The translations under genes and the position numbers were made by a program. Below are positions 61,353 through 64,000 of a stretch of 64,000 bases of DNA, in pieces. The stretch is from NCBI GenBank assembly GCA_043228905.1, contig JBHGNT010000018.1:8122001-8186000 (forward strand), written 5' to 3'. The notes beneath the pieces are model-generated. The model had not been told where the DNA came from. It did not search any database and saw only the letters and a list, made by a program, of their open reading frames with translations. The DNA comes from Azolla caroliniana. Lineage: Eukaryota; Plantae; Polypodiophyta. Each line of letters begins with the position of its first letter. Within the stretch, counting starts at the first letter, position 1.

Positions 61353-63814
61353 TTACACATTTATCTCTTTCAATCTTTTCCAAAGCTGCCGATAACCAGA
61401 CACTTCCTCTCCTGTTAACTTTCTTTTAAAGCCGATCATCCCCTCTTCACTGATGCCAAGATGTGAGTCATGGTTCCCTCGAGTATCTGCATTTGTACGA
61501 TGAGAGTGAAGAGATTCAGAGGTACTATCAAAGTATTTTACCAACATAAGAAAAGATTTGAGTTAAGCGTCCCTACAACAATATTACCCACATATTATAC
61601 TTACAACTATAGATTGTGTAATGATTATGCTTGAGCAAACAAAGAGATTCAGAGTTACTATCAAAACATTTTACCAATATGAGAAAAGATTTGAGTTAAG
61701 AGTTACTACAACGATATTACCCACATATCATACTTACAAGTTACAAGTACAGATTGTGTAATGATGGTTGAGCAAACAAGTGAGATGTTTCTTTAGTAGC
61801 ACATCTTTGAGGTGAATTTCAATGTTAAAGTTTCTCTCATACCCCATTATGGTATTTTAAGGAAATTAAGATTTCTTCCTTTCTTTCTCGGTCTCATAGT
61901 CTTGCCTATCACTTTGGACACACTAGATTCTATTACAGTATCTCGCGTGGAATTTCAAAGTAGAAAAAAACTCCATTTACTTCACCTGTATCATGTCTTC
62001 TCCTCTTGCTCACAGTGCAAGGAATAAAGGCTTCATCACACAACCGACGTTTGTGCTTCAGAGAATCCAATGCTAGTGTCTTCCTCACTATAGAAGAGTC
62101 TAAAAAACAAAATTCATTAGATCAGAAATATTTGAAAGAAGATCCTAAAAATGGAGACATTTGATCATGATCATTTCATTTATTCCACAATTGGTCCTCT
62201 CAGGAACTAGCTGAAATACTCTTTAACAAAAAATAATTTAAATAACATATAATATATAGAACACATGGTGATATAATTGCTTTTGAAGACCTCTTAGAAA
62301 ACCCCATGGAGAAACATAGATATAGCAGACATAAGGGCCTTCTACCTCCACTCTAGTTCATATCTTGACGATAGTCAAGATTTCAATGATAATTGAGGTT
62401 AAGAAGAAGAAATCAGATGATTACTCATCAATCACTAGGTCTCTCTCTAAAACCAGTATGAAAATACCTGAGCAATTCTCATGCTTTGCTCGTTTTAGTC
62501 TCTGAATGTCTTCGTGAACAGTTCCTCGAATCTCAGATTCTGAACAAAGAGCACCTCTACCACAACCTTCGACTCTAGATTCAATAACATCTACATCAAA
62601 CAAAGAACAGTTTTATCAGGAATAGATTGATAAGAGAGGTTTATTAACTACAGATATAATGCCTTCTCTAACATAATTGAGATTTCTTGTTCGATCATTC
62701 ATTCTCACAATGCAGGTTTCCTTTCATAAACACTTTCAAAATTCTTTATCACAAACGTATTTTTGCAGTTTATCTGTCAAATATCATGTTAAAAGGAACC
62801 GTTTTCTTCCAAAAACCCTAATCATAAAACCCTAATGCATGAAACCTAACTAACATCCACCTCGTCAAATGATGCACTTTTCATCCCAACATCATAAACC
62901 TAACCCACCCCAAAAGATAAAAAATTCATCAGATTCTCACGTCAAAACCTTCACAAGCCTAATACCAATACCATAAGAGCTACACACAAAAACCAATACC
63001 ATAAAAACCTGTACAGTCCTGAATAAAACCAATGTCATAAAACCTACCAACCTTATATTCAATGCCATAAGCCCTAACGCGGGATAGAAGAACTTGCTTA
63101 CTCTTATTAGTATTCAAAGAGCTTGCAAACTGAAAGTTTAGCATAGATAGAACCTAAATCCTTGAATTTTAAACAATAAATCCAAAAACTTAGACCTAAA
63201 TCCTAAACTATGTAACTCTAATCCTAAACCATACAAACTATGCTCCAAACTAAGGCCCTAATACGCTATTAAAATTTATACCCTAATAAAGAAAATCTAT
63301 ATCCTATACTCTATTCTCTACTTAAACCATATAACCTCTAATTCTATCCACTGAACTTATATACTATATACAATGTAAAGGGTTATCCTGAAGCCTGAAC
63401 CATTTCCCCGTTGTCAAAACACATCGCAGAGAAAGATCGAAAGGCAGAGAACTGAGAGGGCCACCCACTCTCTTCTTTTAGCTGAGGTCTTCCATCTACA
63501 GAGACTGGGGAGAGAGCATGTCTTCCAGAGCTGAGGCCTCTGCTATCGAAGTAACAAAGAATCTGCTTCCATGAAAGGTTGGAGATGAAGCATCCATGGC
63601 CGGCGCTGCCGCTGCTGATGTAGTGACCGTTGAGACGAAGAGAGATGGGGTTGAGGGAGAAGAATCCAGCGATAGTGCCCAGGTCAGCTCTGCTCTCAAG
63701 ATCAGCTACATATCTCAGAGATCGACCGGAGAGGGTATGCAGGAAATATATCACAGAAGAAGAAGAAGAAGAAGATGGGGATGATGATGAAGAACAGGCA
63801 GCAGCAACAGTCAT
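61353..63814 (-). CDS. Uncharacterised plant protein, At3g07150-like, about 238 aa, 4 exons (may extend upstream)
   Basis: Exons 63814-63469, 62590-62468, 62099-61986 and 61486-61353 total 717 nt in phase with GT-AG introns. Domain DLGTIAGFFSLNPISLRLNGHYIS..SWKQILCYFDSRGLSSG..VDG. Basic KRK-rich C-terminus. The ATG directly follows TTTGCAG, so an upstream exon is possible. Confidence 0.78.
61509..61780. repeat. Two-copy ~133-bp tandem duplication in intron 3
   Basis: AGAGATTCAGAG..AGAAAAGATTTGAGTTAAG..TTGAGCAAACAA occurs twice. Confidence 0.88.
62812..63345. repeat. Degenerate telomere-like (AAACCCT-variant) tract in intron 1
   Basis: AAAACCCTAA twice, plus many AAACCTA, AATCCTAAA and ACCCTAA variants. 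Confidence 0.6.
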
Positions 63815-64000
63815 CTGCAAATAGTAGCCCACAGAGCTTCTCTTTTCTTTCTAGAACGAACCTGCTCTGTCTTTCTTCATGACATTGACCAGACCAGACC
63901 ATAGCATGCATACATACCATACCATACATACACATACATGATACATACATACATTCCATGCCATACCATACATACCAATGACCATACCATACATACACAT

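Overview
Eukaryotic plant genomic DNA, most likely a non-seed vascular plant such as a fern (inferred from the retroelement types and gene families). Bases 1-31.5 kb are a 'Russian-doll' retrotransposon island. Junctions and target-site duplications (TSDs) give a 7-level nest: Copia F > Copia E > Gypsy G > Copia B > Copia A > LINE > non-coding LTR element. Side insertions are two solo LTRs, an RT-less Copia (D), a near-intact young Copia (C) and a truncated Copia (H). At 33.5-39.6 kb is a minus-strand, 13-coding-exon gene of the CHUP1-related At4g04980-like family, followed by a microsatellite-rich upstream region. Bases 42-61 kb are AT-rich and decayed, with a second LINE fragment and a 105-bp tandem array. 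At 61.3-63.8 kb is a minus-strand 4-exon At3g07150-like gene. Most unusual observations: (1) a non-coding LTR element with tRNA-Arg primer-binding sites on both strands, each 5 nt from an LTR, and no adjacent PPT; (2) a stem-loop enclosing the PPT/U3 junction in several unrelated Copia elements; (3) a solo LTR carrying two divergent tRNA-derived A/B-box units; (4) two divergent LINEs sharing a covarying 3' stem-loop and a (CT)n tail. All coordinates were read by eye, and family names and tRNA matches are from memory, not database searches.
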